A DNA stretch of 9,500 nt from Octopus sinensis (Eukaryota), in contig NW_021827749.1 of the NCBI RefSeq assembly GCF_006345805.1, forward strand, positions 1 to 9,500, written 5' to 3'. Position numbers and translations under genes: made by a program. Shown here piece by piece: positions 7,737 to 9,500 of the stretch. Within the stretch, counting starts at the first letter, position 1. Each line of letters opens with the position of its first letter. The notes beneath the pieces are model-generated. The model was not told the origin of the DNA. It worked only from the letters and a program-made list of their open reading frames with translations, and ran no database searches.

Positions 7737-7803
<67 letters not shown>
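7311..7803. repeat. Compound tetranucleotide microsatellite (TATC)/(TACC)/(TATG)
   Basis: Alternating blocks of TATC, TACC and TATG units, with a pure TATC block at about 7737-7803. Confidence 0.95.
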
Positions 7804-7814
7804 GTTGCACACAA

Positions 7815-8420
7815 ACTCTTCTTCTCTTTTCTCTTATATGCCATTACCTCTCTGACTTTCTTTTGCCTGTCTCCCTCTTTATCTCTCATTCTAATAGACT
7901 CACACTCTCACACACTCATTCCCTCTCTCTTTCTCTCCCCCCTCTCTCTCTCCCTATCTATCAATCTAGCTCGCACACTCAACGCTCACGCATTTTCTCT
8001 CACTTCCCTTCCACTCTGTCACTCCTATCTTTCCTTGTCCACGCCTTATCGTCTGCCACACTCACCCCCTCTCTCTCTTCCTATCTTTCTTTGTCTCTCC
8101 CTCACTCACTTCCTTTCTTTCAGTTCCCCTCTCTCTCTCTGTGTTTCTGTCACTCACACATACTCTCACCACGCTCCTATCATTCTTATCTTACCTCGTC
8201 TACGTCTAAACCCACCCACTCTCTCTTTCTCTCCTACTTTCTTTTTCTCATTCTCCCTCTCTCTCTCTCTATTTCTCTCTCTCTCTCTCACTCTCTCTCT
8301 CTCATTCTTTCTCTCTCTCTTTCTCTTTGTCTCTCACACACCCACACATTCACACTTCCTCTCTCACACACTCTCTCTTACTTTCTCTCGCTTTCTCTCT
8401 CTCTTTCTCTCGCTTTGTAT
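7815..8420. repeat. CT-rich degenerate simple repeat / polypyrimidine tract
   Basis: Degenerate (CT)n with CA interruptions, densest at about 8220-8410. Confidence 0.88.
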
Positions 8421-8436
8421 CCTTCGTGCACTCCCA

Positions 8437-8741
8437 AACACACATACACACATACAAGCACACACACACGTACACGCACACACACACAAGCACACACACA
8501 CACGCACACGCACATATACACACATACACACACAAGCACACAAACACACACACAAACTCACACACACACAAGCACACACGCACATACACAAGCACACACA
8601 CACACACACGCACAAACACACGCACACAAGCACACACACACACACACAAGTACGCACACACAACACACACACACACGCAAGCACACACACATGCTCACAA
8701 GCATGCACAAACACACAAGCACACAAGCACACACACACAAG

Positions 8742-8773
<32 letters not shown>

Positions 8774-8816
8774 AGCACACACACACACACAAACACACAA
8801 GCACACACGCACACGC

Positions 8817-8847
<31 letters not shown>

Positions 8848-8877
8848 AGCACACACACACACACGCACGCACACACA
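8437..8877. repeat. (CA)n-derived compound repeat with recurrent CACAAG / CACG / CAAA variants
   Basis: About 440 bp of CA repeats; source of the HT/CV-rich spurious ORFs. Confidence 0.95.
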
Positions 8878-9182
8878 GCGCGCGCATTCAGATTATCTTC
8901 CCTCCTCCCTCTACAATAATCCTTATCTTCCCTCCCTCGTCCACACCATATCGTCTGCTTCACTCATATATTTTCGGCTGTCGGCTGCCATACTTGCACC
9001 CAACCAATGATGACCGCTATTGCGAAATCTTATTATTTTGTTGTCGGAATAAGGGAAAAGATTGAACCTGTAAACTTCACGTAAGCTACACCCCCATTAG
9101 ATAAATAAACTTGGCTCCAATTTGAAACCGATCCGTCTTGCTTGACGAAAAAGAAAACGTTATCTTCCATAAAACGCCGACG

Positions 9183-9418
9183 GGTGGTGAGGTAGGTGGT
9201 TGGTGGTGGCTGCGGCGGCGGTGGTGGTGGTGGTGGTGGTGGTGGTGGAGGAGGAGGTAATGATGATGATGAGAATGCTGCTGATGACGACGACGACGAC
9301 GATGAGAAAGATTGTGGTTAAGATGTCAATGATAATGGTAAACATGATGATGATGATGATGATGGTGGGGGTGTGATGGTGGGGTTGTGATGGTGGTGGT
9401 TCTGGTGGTGGTGGTGGG
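9183..9418. repeat. Compound trinucleotide repeat (GGT)n/(GAT)n/(GAC)n
   Basis: GGT run at about 9221-9247, GAT and GAC runs at 9260-9363, and degenerate GGT to 9418. Confidence 0.92.
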
Positions 9419-9500
9419 TTTTTTTTTTGTTTCTTATCAGATTAATCTGCATTTCTTTATTCCTCTTCTCTCAGCCGTTGGTCCTTTAAAAAATATTTTC

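Noticed and set aside
7512-9065. 517-aa ORF and overlapping 401/227/199/112/109-aa ORFs
   Set aside because: They arise because TATC, CT and CA repeats lack stops in some frames; the products are YLSI, SL, HT and CV repeats with no domain.
9160-9345. 61-aa minus-strand ORF, or a Gly/Asp-rich plus-strand coding exon
   Set aside because: Trinucleotide simple repeats with stops nearby and no supported splice context.
1-9500. CRISPR array or prokaryotic defence/operon system
   Set aside because: No repeat-spacer periodicity and no prokaryote-like gene density; the content is eukaryotic TEs and microsatellites.

Overview
Eukaryotic, repeat-saturated non-coding window with no host protein-coding gene that I can support. 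The repeat families and microsatellite load resemble an octopus/cephalopod genome (inference from recognition of the SINE consensus, not verified). In order it holds: (AG)n and (TATC)n microsatellites; a tRNA-derived SINE whose internal (TA)n carries an insertion; a decayed antisense tRNA-SINE of a second family; a TSD-flanked 119-bp-arm palindrome containing a hammerhead-like fold (probable Penelope-like pseudo-LTR); a CR1-type LINE 3' end; a second copy of the first SINE; a complete 517-bp non-autonomous Helitron; a 5'-truncated L1/Tx1-clade LINE between TATC arrays; and about 2 kb of compound simple repeats. The long ORFs in the track are microsatellite artefacts or fragments of the Tx1 ORF2. 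The best leads are (1) a non-canonical G3:C8 minimal hammerhead ribozyme candidate at 2579-2629 (-), (2) apparent (TATC)n targeting by the Tx1 element, and (3) a frameshift pattern suggesting that this LINE is more intact than the assembly shows.
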